Shown: one piece after another, positions 8,999-18,010 of the stretch | Layout: the number at the start of each line of letters is the position of its first letter | Position numbering within the stretch: the first letter of the stretch is position 1 | From: a virus | Taxonomy: Duplodnaviria > Caudoviricetes | IMG/VR virus record: IMGVR_UViG_3300037607_000015 | Location: 1-37,555 of that record | Strand: one strand, 5' to 3' | Length of the DNA: 37,555 nucleotides | Program-made: the position numbers and the translations under genes | The notes under the pieces: model-generated | Seen by the model: the letters and a program-made list of their open reading frames with translations, nothing else | The model's database searches: none | What the model was told of the DNA's origin: nothing

Positions 8999-9205
8999 AT
9001 GGCTGAGAAGCTGATGTTCATCCAGGTCACGAAGCAGTGCATCGTGGCTGGTAAAGAGTGCGGCGTGGGATCGGTGGTCGAGGTCCCCGCGAGCGAGGGG
9101 AAGTACGTGATCGGGCTTAAGAAGGCGACCGAGTCGAAGGGCCCGGCCAAGCACGTCCCGATCGTGAAGGCGAAGCCCGAATCGAAGGCGGCGGAGCCGA
9201 AGTAA
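8999..9205 (+). CDS. small capsid-adjacent protein (68 aa)
   Basis: GGAGG RBS, ATG 8999; 'GSVVEVPASEGKYVIGLKKA' with a Lys/Pro tail is typical of post-capsid (FI-position) genes. Confidence 0.7.
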   Translation: MAEKLMFIQVTKQCIVAGKECGVGSVVEVPASEGKYVIGLKKATESKGPAKHVPIVKAKPESKAAEPK

Positions 9206-9501
9206 TGCGGGAACGGCCGCAGATATATCTCTCCCGCGAGGGCGAGGATTTTGAGTTCACTCCGTCCGGCGGCTCGGCCCGTATCATCCGGGGGATCTTC
9301 CTGAATGAATACGAGCCGAGCTATACGGCGGGGATCGAGCACCAGAATATCGGGCCGAGGATCATGTGCCTGGACGAGGATGCGGAGGACGTGGCACAGG
9401 GCTCGACCTTTCTGCGACTCTCGATGAGTGTGACCTACCGGGTCATCGAGGTGAGGCCCGACGGAACAGGGTGGACGGAACTTCTCCTGACGAAGGTCTG
9501 A
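9205..9501 (+). CDS. head-tail joining protein (gpFII-like)
   Basis: 'IRGIF', C-terminal 'TYRVIEVRPDGTGWTELLL', and synteny. Confidence 0.8.
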   Translation: MRERPQIYLSREGEDFEFTPSGGSARIIRGIFLNEYEPSYTAGIEHQNIGPRIMCLDEDAEDVAQGSTFLRLSMSVTYRVIEVRPDGTGWTELLLTKV

Positions 9502-9502
9502 C

Positions 9503-9970
9503 ATGGGCATGACGGACGCGACGAAGACGTTGGTCGATGCGCTGGTGACTAATCCCGGCGTAGCCGGCACGGCAGACGAGAACCAGGACAACCACGCTGC
9601 CCACCACCAGACGATCCATGCGGCACTGAAGGAGGTCTATGGCGACGTGAAGCGGTACCGGGCGAACCTCCTGATCAACGGCGCATCGGTCTCGATCGAG
9701 ACGGAGATCAAGAACACGCTCGGCGCGACGGTGACCGCCTCCCATGCCGCAACGGGAGACTACCGGCTTACGGCCTCCGCGGCGGTATTCACTACGGGAA
9801 AGACCTTCGTTCCCGGCGTGCTCTATGTACAGTATGCGGGCGCGGACCAGTGGATCGCCTTCACGACACCTCCACCCTCCACGACCGTACTCCAGATCCG
9901 CGTGCTTCAAAACGGCGCCTACGCCGACGGATCGTTCAGGATCCCGATCATGATCGAGGTCTACCCGTGA
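9503..9970 (+). CDS. putative virion accessory protein; C-terminal domain paralogous to 17350..18000
   Basis: Shared motifs 'NTLG..V....G.YR.T....F..GKT' and 'I.IEVYP'. Confidence 0.65.
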   Translation: MGMTDATKTLVDALVTNPGVAGTADENQDNHAAHHQTIHAALKEVYGDVKRYRANLLINGASVSIETEIKNTLGATVTASHAATGDYRLTASAAVFTTGKTFVPGVLYVQYAGADQWIAFTTPPPSTTVLQIRVLQNGAYADGSFRIPIMIEVYP

Positions 9971-10482
9971 GCACCGGCTATTCGAACTCGCACTGGCCCT
10001 ATGGCTCGGCCGCACTGACCTACGGCGGTGAGCGGGTGCGCCGCCGGGACTCGATCGTGGATGCCCTGGTGGACAGGCTCGAGGATATCTCGATCGCCAA
10101 CGGCTACCAGACGGACTTCGAACACGTTGAGGCCTGGAAGGTGACGCCCTGGCAGGATGCGGATCTCCCGGGACTCACCGTCAAGGATCTGAGTGATGAG
10201 CCGCTGAATGAAGTCTCCCGGGGCACCATGAACAAGATCCTCCATGGTCTCTTGGTCCGGATCGAGCTCGCCTGCTCGGGTTCCACCCCGGTGGCCACGA
10301 TCCGGAAGATGATCGGGGATGTGATGGACGCGATCCGCCAGGATGAGACCTTCGGGGGACTTGCCATACAGACCTCCTGGCTTGGGGATGAGATCGCGGT
10401 CGAGCAGGAGGAGCGTACTGTCACCGGGGCGAACATCGCGCTCCGCATTGATTACCGCACCGACAAATGGCTGGAGGGGTAG
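9967..10482 (+). CDS. tail terminator/completion protein (gpU-like); start GTG 9967 or 10036
   Basis: 'RDSIVDALVDRLEDISIANGYQTD', 'DETFGGLA', 'LRIDYRT'; lies directly before the tail tube gene. Confidence 0.75.
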   Translation: MSTGYSNSHWPYGSAALTYGGERVRRRDSIVDALVDRLEDISIANGYQTDFEHVEAWKVTPWQDADLPGLTVKDLSDEPLNEVSRGTMNKILHGLLVRIELACSGSTPVATIRKMIGDVMDAIRQDETFGGLAIQTSWLGDEIAVEQEERTVTGANIALRIDYRTDKWLEG

Positions 10483-11427
10483 ATGCTCGTATCAAAGACC
10501 GTCATCGCCGTCAAGCAAGAGACGACTCAAGGGTCCGCCGTCTCCCCGGCTGCCACGGATTTTCTACTGGCCGAAGATGTGAAAGTGAAACCGACAGTCG
10601 AAATGAGCGCGCGGAACCCCGGGCGGACCTACCTCGGCACCGTGGGGCCCGTGGCCGGGAAGAGATCCTACGAGGTCACGTTCAAGACCGAGCTGAAGGG
10701 CTCGGGGACTCCCGGCACTCCATACACTCCCCTGGGTGCGGCCATCCAGGCCTGCGGCTTCACCGAGACCGCGACCGGCGGCGTGTCCGTGGTCTATGCC
10801 CCGACGAACAGCGCGGCGAGCGCGAACTTCTACGGGCCCGGGAAATCGGTCACGATCGAGGTCTACCTGGACGGTGTGAAGCATGTCATCGCCGGCTGCA
10901 TCGGGACGTGTAAGCTCTCTCCCGAGGCCGGGAAGGTCTGCATGCTGGAATTTAGCTTCAAGGGCGTCTATGCGGATCCCTCGGACACCTCGCCGGGAAC
11001 CCAGACGTACCTCTCGACCCTGCCCCCGATCGTCCAGAGCGCCTCCTTCTCGATGCACTCGCTCTCGGCGATCATCGCCAAGTTCGACATCGACTTCGGA
11101 AGCGACGTCAGCGAACGTCCTGACGTGAGCTCGGCCGTGGGTATCAAAGGGTTCCTGATCACCGGGAAGAAACCGGCTGGATCGGTGGATCCCGAACTGG
11201 TCAGCATCGCGACCCACGCCTTCTTCACCAGGCTCATCGCGGGGACCGAGGGAACCGTCTCGATCCAGATCGGTACCGTGGCCGGGAACATCATCACCTT
11301 CCAGGCCACGAAAGCCCAGTATGTCGGTCTCGACTACGGCGAGCGAAGCAATCTGCGGACCATTCCGGTGAGCTTCCAGTTCAACGAGGACGGCTCGACG
11401 AACTGGTGCACGATCACGTTCACCTAG
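10483..11427 (+). CDS. major tail tube protein
   Basis: 'VKQETTQG', 'VTFKTELKGSG', 'LEFSFKG'; beta-rich 314 aa, with synteny. Confidence 0.85.
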   Translation: MLVSKTVIAVKQETTQGSAVSPAATDFLLAEDVKVKPTVEMSARNPGRTYLGTVGPVAGKRSYEVTFKTELKGSGTPGTPYTPLGAAIQACGFTETATGGVSVVYAPTNSAASANFYGPGKSVTIEVYLDGVKHVIAGCIGTCKLSPEAGKVCMLEFSFKGVYADPSDTSPGTQTYLSTLPPIVQSASFSMHSLSAIIAKFDIDFGSDVSERPDVSSAVGIKGFLITGKKPAGSVDPELVSIATHAFFTRLIAGTEGTVSIQIGTVAGNIITFQATKAQYVGLDYGERSNLRTIPVSFQFNEDGSTNWCTITFT

Positions 11428-11433
11428 GATCCA

Positions 11434-11506
11434 CGCGGGGTAGCTGAATAGGAACAGCGCCGGACTCATAATCCGGAGAATGCCAGTCCGAATCTGGCCC
11501 CCGCAA
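11434..11506 (+). tRNA. tRNA with CAT anticodon (Met, fMet or Ile2 unresolved)
   Basis: Cloverleaf: acceptor CGCGGGG/CCCCGCA (C1:A72), D stem GCTG/CAGC, anticodon arm CCGGA-CTCATAA-TCCGG, T arm GCCAG-TCCGAAT-CTGGC, discriminator A; CCA not encoded. Confidence 0.88.
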
Positions 11507-11531
11507 CCCCTTCTCACCATCAGGAGGATGT

Positions 11532-11957
11532 ATGGCGGTCATTGCGGTAGATATCAATGCGACTGAGGAGTATATGCTCGTATCGGATCGGGGCGACGAT
11601 CCGACCATCTGGCTGATCGGCCCGATCGATGCGATCCTCTGGAATGCGATCCTTGATGAGGCGACGAAGTTTTCCGGCGAATCCGACGGCAAAAACACCG
11701 CGTCCCTGCAGATGCAGGTCAACCGGAACTCCCGCAATGCCCAGCTCGTGCGGTTCGGGCTGCGTGGCTGGCGGAACTTCAAGGATTCCTCCGGCAACCA
11801 GATCTCGTTCTCAACCGTGAGCACGAGCGTGCCATCGGTGGGAAACCGGCAGGGGCTGTCCGATCAGATGCTCGACCGCATTGTCCCCTATATCGCGGAA
11901 CTGGCCGACCAGATCTACAAGGCGAACTCGCTGGACAAGGAAGTGCGGGGAAACTGA
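11532..11957 (+). CDS. tail assembly chaperone (gpG-like)
   Basis: AGGAGG RBS, 'VRFGLRGWRNFKD', between tail tube and tape measure, ends in a slippery heptamer. Confidence 0.85.
   Translation: MAVIAVDINATEEYMLVSDRGDDPTIWLIGPIDAILWNAILDEATKFSGESDGKNTASLQMQVNRNSRNAQLVRFGLRGWRNFKDSSGNQISFSTVSTSVPSVGNRQGLSDQMLDRIVPYIAELADQIYKANSLDKEVRGN
11948..11954 (+). other. -1 programmed ribosomal frameshift site G GGA AAC
   Basis: X XXY YYZ heptamer directly before the stop; the -1 frame (GGG AAA CTG ACA ATG) runs into ORF 11960..12250. Confidence 0.85.
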
Positions 11958-11959
11958 CA

Positions 11960-12250
11960 ATGGCTATCCAGGCGGCCATAGATCCTAAAGTCCTGGATGG
12001 TAGCGGGGGCCCGATATTTCTCAGAGATGAGAATACGGGCATGTCGACACAGGAAGTCAGTATGGACCAGATCAGGAGGGCGTGTCTGAGATTCAGAACG
12101 GAAGTGGCCCTCCTCCTCGATCTCGATCAGGGACGCGTGGTGATGTCAATGGAAGAATATCGACAGCAGCCCGCGGCTTTTGTGGAAGCGCGGAGGATCT
12201 TCAGTGATACAAAGGCCAGACTCCAATCATCTCGCGAAGAGCTTAGCTAA
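11960..12250 (+). CDS. gpT-like C-terminal extension of the G-T frameshift product
   Basis: Lies in the -1 frame relative to the chaperone; 'EYRQQPAAFVEA' motif. Confidence 0.75.
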   Translation: MAIQAAIDPKVLDGSGGPIFLRDENTGMSTQEVSMDQIRRACLRFRTEVALLLDLDQGRVVMSMEEYRQQPAAFVEARRIFSDTKARLQSSREELS

Positions 12251-12529
12251 TGCGAGCATGAGGATGAAGGCGGCAACAAGCACGGTGACGATCATCATCC
12301 ATTGTGATGTCTTGCTCGGTGGCGGCGCTGGTCTTACGGGTGCGGGAGCGGGCCGAGACTGATTTGCTGGGCTGGCGATGATGTAAAGAAACACCAAGAA
12401 GGGAGAGAACAAGACGGAAGCGAAAAATACACCGGCTTGCGATATGTTCTTCTTCCCGGCAACCATAGTGTTGACGATTGACCACCCGGCCCACATGAAG
12501 AGGCCCATCACAATCCAGTTCTCTTTCAC
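12227..12529 (-). CDS. moron-like membrane protein (100 aa, about 3 TM helices)
   Basis: GGAGG RBS then GTG 12529; hydrophobic helices with a Pro-rich linker; antisense to the tail operon; TTGACA on the minus strand at 12580-12575. Confidence 0.7.
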   Translation of the reverse strand: MKENWIVMGLFMWAGWSIVNTMVAGKKNISQAGVFFASVLFSPFLVFLYIIASPANQSRPAPAPVRPAPPPSKTSQWMMIVTVLVAAFILMLALAKLFAR

Positions 12530-12579
12530 GTTACCTCCAAGCTTTGCGGGCAATGTCTGAAATCTCGAGGTGATTGTCA

Positions 12580-14148
12580 ATGGCAATGAGCGAACGTGAA
12601 ATGGCCTATATCCTCTCCGCGAGAGATGATGCGGCCAAAATGTTCAAGCAGCTCAACGACGTGGCGGAACAAAGCGGCAAGTCCGTCAAGGACGCCTTTG
12701 ACGAAGCCGCTGCCGCGAGCGATCGGGCCGGAAAAGCGACCTCAAAGCTCACCGATTTCATCAAAGAGCAGCGCGCGGAAAATCGGCAGCAGAACTTCCT
12801 GCTGAGAGAATCCGTGGGCGCCTTCAGCGCGGTAGCCACCGCATTAACCATCTTCTCGAACACGGCGAGCGGTGGAACCGCCCAGGTGAAGATGCTCTCC
12901 GATTCAGTTAATGCGGGTGTCACAGCATTCCAGGGTTTTGATTTCGCTCTGTCCGCCCTCGGTATGAGCGGTCCACTGGGAGTCGCCATCGCTGCGATCG
13001 GTGCAGCGGCGATCGCCATCAAAGTTTTCCAGAAATCAAGCAGCGATTCCAACGATGAACTCGATAAGTCCGCACTTGCACTGGCGAAGGTGAAATATGA
13101 GCTCGGAGAGTTAGCTAGGGCAGAGCTCGAGGAGGCCTACGCCGCCGTCCGGGCGGGGCTGATGAAGAGACTGATGGACCTCAAAGAAAAGACTCCCGAC
13201 GTGATTGGCACCGTTATCACCAGATTCAAGGAAGGGTTTTCTAGCTTAGAAGGATTCTTGAGGATGGTGATTTTTGGAGCCACCGCTGTAAGTGGACATC
13301 CCGGCGGAATCATCTACAAAATGATAGGGACGCCGAAAGAGATCAATGATATCATGACGGCAATAGCGGGGCTCGACCTCGAGCTGAAGAAGATCTGGGA
13401 CACCGCCGTCAAGGAGATCCCCAAGGACCGCGGGCCCCTGGTCATGATCGATCTCCTCGGTCAGAAATTCAAGGAGGCGGGGGATAAATGGCAGAAATCG
13501 GTGGCGAAGATCGAAGGCGTCACCGTTGGCATGTCCGAAACCATGCGGGATGTTCTCCGCACGATCGAACAGGAATGGACGGAGAAGGCGCAGACGGTTC
13601 AGACGCTCTGGGGGGGCGTGGCGGGTGCGATCGGTGAAGGATTCTCGGCTGCCTTCGAGGGGACAGAAGGAGGCGCCCGGGCGTTCCTCCGGAGAATCTT
13701 CACCATGCTCATCGACCTCGTACAGGGATGGATCCTGGCAGCTGCCGCCGCGGCCATCGTGAAGGGGATCTTCACCTTTGGGACGACGCTCGCCGGCGAC
13801 CTGGTGATTCTGGGTGCCGCGACGGTTGCGCTCCAGGCTGCCCGGGCTGCCCTGAATACCAAGTTCCATCAGGGGGGCACGGTGCCCGGCGGGATGTTCA
13901 TCAATGCGGCGCCTGAAAAGGAATTCCCCATCCTGGTGCGGGGTGGCGAGACGGTGAGAACCGAGCAGCAGGAGGCGGCGCTGCAGGGGGGCGGCCAGGG
14001 GGTGCACCTGCATTTCCACAATTCGTATTTCGCGAGCGCGCGCGCTTTCAAGGAAGTGGTGCAGCGGGGCATGCGCGAGCTCGGGGTCCGGGACGTCGCG
14101 AACTACTTCCGGGATCCCTCCCATGACATCGCGATCGTTGTGCCATGA
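12580..14148 (+). CDS. tape measure protein (short, about 520 aa)
   Basis: GAGGTG RBS, 'YILSARDDA', Ala/Gly-rich helical body, C-terminal 'KFHQGGTV..E.PILVRGGETV'. Confidence 0.85.
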   Translation: MAMSEREMAYILSARDDAAKMFKQLNDVAEQSGKSVKDAFDEAAAASDRAGKATSKLTDFIKEQRAENRQQNFLLRESVGAFSAVATALTIFSNTASGGTAQVKMLSDSVNAGVTAFQGFDFALSALGMSGPLGVAIAAIGAAAIAIKVFQKSSSDSNDELDKSALALAKVKYELGELARAELEEAYAAVRAGLMKRLMDLKEKTPDVIGTVITRFKEGFSSLEGFLRMVIFGATAVSGHPGGIIYKMIGTPKEINDIMTAIAGLDLELKKIWDTAVKEIPKDRGPLVMIDLLGQKFKEAGDKWQKSVAKIEGVTVGMSETMRDVLRTIEQEWTEKAQTVQTLWGGVAGAIGEGFSAAFEGTEGGARAFLRRIFTMLIDLVQGWILAAAAAAIVKGIFTFGTTLAGDLVILGAATVALQAARAALNTKFHQGGTVPGGMFINAAPEKEFPILVRGGETVRTEQQEAALQGGGQGVHLHFHNSYFASARAFKEVVQRGMRELGVRDVANYFRDPSHDIAIVVP

Positions 14149-16571
14149 GATTCTCGGCAACGGCAAAATATGAGATGTACGCCCGCGCGCTCGTGAAGAC
14201 GGTGAGCTGGCGGCTCTATATCAGGAAGACCTCCTCGCTTTCCGATGTACTCTCTACCGGGACCTGGACGGAGATCACCTCCCGGATCCTGAGCGCGCCG
14301 CCGGCCATCGCCGATCTCGAGTGGGAGGTCGGAAGCGTCTCCATGAGTAGTATGTCGCTCACGGGCGTGGACATCGCCTGGTGGAAGGCGAACGTCTTCG
14401 ACGCCTCCGATTACATCGAGCTCAAGATCATCTTCACGCTCGGACTCGACACCGATGCGTGCTCGGACCTCGTCTATGCCTTCTCCGGGTTTCTCGAGAA
14501 GGATCCCCAGTACAATGAGCTCGCGGATTCGGTGGCCTTCAATGCGAGCACCGCGCAGGATATCGGGAATGGGATCCCAGCAGAGAAGCTCTCGATCCAG
14601 TACGTCAACACCGATATCGACGGCGCCGGCACGGACGGGCTCATCCTCCCGAACATCCCGCTCCTTTTCGTGAAGGACGCCGGCGTCACGGATTACTTCC
14701 TCAAGATCGGTACCCACACGATCGGCTACAAGTTCACGGCTGGGTCACCTGACGTCTACGAGGCAAACCTCGATGGTGGGGAGTGGGTAACACTCTCGAA
14801 CGGCGACAACACCCTGGGGAACGCTGCGACCCCTGGAGACGATACGGAACGTGTCATGCTCTATGTGGCGGATACGACGCATCTGCCGAAGGCGGGGGAG
14901 GAGATCCAGGACTCTGTCATCGTGGTTGCGGAAGGCGACACGCTTCCGCGGCAGTGGCACCGTTATATCTCCGTCCGGGCAATGCTCCGGAAGATCTTCG
15001 CCCAGGTAGGGATCGAGACCATCACGTTTGATACCCTCGAGATGGACGTCGCCGAAGCAGGCTCGAAAGTGTCATTTCTCGACGCTCCCCCGAATGACGA
15101 TACGATCTGGGATGTGAAATATGCGATGGTGAGTGATGGCACGGATCTCTGGATCGCCGTCCGGAACCGCCTCTACAAGCGAAACATGGTGACGGGAGAG
15201 TACACGCTCAAGGCGACACTCACCTCGGGACGGGTGATCACGAGGCTCTGGTATGATGAGACGAACGACGCCGTCTGGGTCTATTCACAGCAATCCCTCA
15301 CCAACGAAGCCGGATCCCTGCTCCGGCACACGATCTCGACGGCGGCGAACTCGAGTGAGATCTCGCTCCCGAACTCGAACCGCTACTCGATCGAGCTCTT
15401 CCCCGGCTGGGGTCTCGTGTATGTGAATACCGCGACCAGGGCGGTCCGGGGTGTGGATTTTGACACGCTGACGGAGCAGCTCATCATCACGGCCGCCACA
15501 CTCGGCTACGGCGTGGGCGATGGCCCCATGGCCGGGTTTGTGTACATGCACGACGGTCACCTGTTTATCCAGACGCGCGAGGTCGGCGTCGGCGATTACT
15601 ATCACGAGCTCTACTACGATGTGATCTGGGAAGATGGTGGGAAGGTCCTCACCCTCACGGCGCCCTACCAGGTTGCTGCATTTGATGATGCCGAGGACAG
15701 GATCTATTTCTACGACGGCGTCAACTGCAAGGTTAAGAGTCATCCACGGACCAGCGCGACGGAGACGGAGCTGCTCACGCTCGGTCAAGAGATTGTCGAG
15801 GCGATGGTCTATACGGGTGGAAAGGTCTATGTGACCACGCCGAAACTCGGTCAACTATGGGAGCTCGAGTCAAACAATGCCGCGCTCCTGAACTTCCTGG
15901 GGCCCAGGCTCTACACGAAATATTTCTGCTTTGCCGAGCTCGATGGCCGGATCTACGGGATCGACGAGGGGGGCAGGCTCTACCACTACGCCGACAAGCT
16001 CGCGATGTATATCCCTCTCGCGGACTTTTCCGGCAGCCAGGTCACAGGTGCCCTGAACGCGATCGTGAACTCGTTCCAGCTCCTCTCCTCGATCTCCTCC
16101 ACAAAGCAGGCGTTCATCTACCGGCGGGGGAACAGCTCGGGAGCGATCCAGACCACGGGGAACGCGCTCTCACTCACCATCACCGATGTCTCACAGATCC
16201 TCGAGACAATCCGCTACACAGAGGCCTGCGGCCTTGCGGTTGTCGATAACGGGAGCGTCCGGTACACCTACGACGGCTCGGTCTATAACGTCGAGACGCT
16301 TTCGGATGTCCGGCGGATCTCGATCGATAGCCCGCTCGTTCCGAATGAGATCGTCCAGGATCTCTGCCATCACATCTACCAGTACTTCAAAACGGCCCGG
16401 ACGATGTATGTCCTGGACCTGGGGTGTGTGCCGCTCTTCCAGTACGAGCCCTGCGATGGGCTTTCGGTCGACTTCACTGCGACGAAGATCCAGAAAACGA
16501 GCGCCGCTGGAGTGATCTACGGCACCACGCTCACTCCCGACGGCTCCATGCAGGTGCGGGGGGTGTTCTGA
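14145..16571 (+). CDS. tail tip/baseplate hub-like protein with an inserted beta-propeller
   Basis: ATGA coupling to the tape measure gene; 808 aa; repeated blade-like motifs ('SDGTDLWIA', 'GGKVYVT', 'LDGRIYG'). Confidence 0.65.
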   Translation: MRFSATAKYEMYARALVKTVSWRLYIRKTSSLSDVLSTGTWTEITSRILSAPPAIADLEWEVGSVSMSSMSLTGVDIAWWKANVFDASDYIELKIIFTLGLDTDACSDLVYAFSGFLEKDPQYNELADSVAFNASTAQDIGNGIPAEKLSIQYVNTDIDGAGTDGLILPNIPLLFVKDAGVTDYFLKIGTHTIGYKFTAGSPDVYEANLDGGEWVTLSNGDNTLGNAATPGDDTERVMLYVADTTHLPKAGEEIQDSVIVVAEGDTLPRQWHRYISVRAMLRKIFAQVGIETITFDTLEMDVAEAGSKVSFLDAPPNDDTIWDVKYAMVSDGTDLWIAVRNRLYKRNMVTGEYTLKATLTSGRVITRLWYDETNDAVWVYSQQSLTNEAGSLLRHTISTAANSSEISLPNSNRYSIELFPGWGLVYVNTATRAVRGVDFDTLTEQLIITAATLGYGVGDGPMAGFVYMHDGHLFIQTREVGVGDYYHELYYDVIWEDGGKVLTLTAPYQVAAFDDAEDRIYFYDGVNCKVKSHPRTSATETELLTLGQEIVEAMVYTGGKVYVTTPKLGQLWELESNNAALLNFLGPRLYTKYFCFAELDGRIYGIDEGGRLYHYADKLAMYIPLADFSGSQVTGALNAIVNSFQLLSSISSTKQAFIYRRGNSSGAIQTTGNALSLTITDVSQILETIRYTEACGLAVVDNGSVRYTYDGSVYNVETLSDVRRISIDSPLVPNEIVQDLCHHIYQYFKTARTMYVLDLGCVPLFQYEPCDGLSVDFTATKIQKTSAAGVIYGTTLTPDGSMQVRGVF

Positions 16572-17347
16572 TGTCTGCCCCGAAATTCTACGGCTCGCGC
16601 CTGGAAACGATGACCTTCTCGGCCACCTCGACGGATTCCGCGTATCCGCTGGCGAACCTCCAGACCTACAATCCCCTGGATGAGTGGCGGTCGAACGCCA
16701 CGACCGCCGGCCAGGCGCTCGTGATCGATCTCGGATCTGCCCAGGCGATCGATTTCGTGGCTCTCCATGCCCATAATTTCGATCTCGTGGTGGCGGACGT
16801 CGGGGTGAAACTGCAGGCGGCGGACAATTCGGGATTCAGCACGAACCTTGTAACGGTCGTGGCGGACCTGTCCGCGGCAACGGATCCGCGTGTGATCGAG
16901 TTCAACTCGGTAACGAAACGCTACTGGAGGATCCTCTTCGATTCCGCCGGCGCGCTCGCCGCGAAGCCCCAGCTCGGGCAGATCTACCTGGGCGCGAAGC
17001 TCACCTGGACATCGGAATATGAGTACGGGTTTCGCCCGATGCACCCGCGCTACCAGACGAGCGAGGCGGAGTCGCTTTCCGGGCTCCTCCGGGCTGCTCA
17101 ATCCGTGGGCGGCCGGCTCGTCTTTGAGGCGCGCTTCCGGCTCCAGGACGATACGCTCCGCTCGGTCTGGTACACCTTCATGTCGCTCGTGCGCGGGAAG
17201 CTCCGGCCGTTCTACTTCTTGGACGCAGACGGAACATCGCTCTACTTCGTGAAGAACGATAGCGACTATCTGGCGCCAACGATCCCGCAGTACGGGCGGA
17301 GCGACTTCGAACTGATCCGCCTCAAAACAGTCTTTGCGGACTACTAG
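16571..17347 (+). CDS. distal tail (Dit/gpM-like) protein with an N-terminal discoidin-like carbohydrate-binding domain
   Basis: TGATG start; 'EWRS..GQALVIDLGSAQAIDFVAL', 'KRYWRI', C-terminal 'RGKLRPFYFLD'. Confidence 0.65.
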   Translation: MSAPKFYGSRLETMTFSATSTDSAYPLANLQTYNPLDEWRSNATTAGQALVIDLGSAQAIDFVALHAHNFDLVVADVGVKLQAADNSGFSTNLVTVVADLSAATDPRVIEFNSVTKRYWRILFDSAGALAAKPQLGQIYLGAKLTWTSEYEYGFRPMHPRYQTSEAESLSGLLRAAQSVGGRLVFEARFRLQDDTLRSVWYTFMSLVRGKLRPFYFLDADGTSLYFVKNDSDYLAPTIPQYGRSDFELIRLKTVFADY

Positions 17348-17349
17348 CC

Positions 17350-18000
17350 ATGGACGATCCGATTGTCATCGACAGGTACAACCAGGCCCTCGACTCGATC
17401 GGCCGGTACCGGAATGAGTTTACGGGTCTCATAGCCCCGGGCGCCACGATCTCCCTTGTCGAGGTCACGTTCGATCCCGTGGGGCCGGCGGATATCGTGG
17501 GCCTGCAAACGATCTCCAGCCAGGTGGTCTACGTCTATGTGAACGTGTCCGCCTGTGACGTCGGCAGCGAATACCTGATGAGCATCAAGGCTACGAGCTC
17601 GACGGGCCAGGCGGAAACCCTCCAGAAGGTGATCCGCGTGCTCCCGGCCGCCGGCACCGGGTACGTCTCCCCGCCGACCACGGGCGAATACGACGCCAGC
17701 CTGGACCAGGACGGCGGGACGGGTGCGCCGGTCGCGCTCGTGCGCGGCAATACGCTGAGCGGGACGCCGGTCTGGACGAGGGTTTCTCAAGGAGTATTCC
17801 GGGCCACGCTTTCCGGGGCATTCCCGGAGGGAAAGACGGGCATCCAGGTCTCGCTTGCGATCGGGGCGGTGGACAATGAAAGCAAGGTGGGCCGGTACTG
17901 GATCTCCGCCTCCATCATCGAGATCCGCGTGTTCGACTATGCCGACAACCTGGTGGATGGTTTTGCCGATCTCGACATCCTGATCAAGGTTTTCCAATAA
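17350..18000 (+). CDS. putative fibre adaptor/virion accessory protein
   Basis: N-terminal Ig-like beta domain and a C-terminal domain paralogous to 9503..9970; no signal peptide. Confidence 0.6.
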   Translation: MDDPIVIDRYNQALDSIGRYRNEFTGLIAPGATISLVEVTFDPVGPADIVGLQTISSQVVYVYVNVSACDVGSEYLMSIKATSSTGQAETLQKVIRVLPAAGTGYVSPPTTGEYDASLDQDGGTGAPVALVRGNTLSGTPVWTRVSQGVFRATLSGAFPEGKTGIQVSLAIGAVDNESKVGRYWISASIIEIRVFDYADNLVDGFADLDILIKVFQ

Positions 18001-18010
18001 AGGGGGAGCT

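Noticed and set aside
4952-9591. Long minus-strand ORFs (e.g. 4952..6580, 7870..9591; also 32139..33632, 34249..35277)
   Set aside because: Antisense shadows of well-supported GC-rich + strand genes, with no RBS or recognisable motifs.
11434-11506. tRNA as an attachment site or prophage boundary
   Set aside because: It lies within the tail operon, I saw no second partial copy, and no integrase is present.
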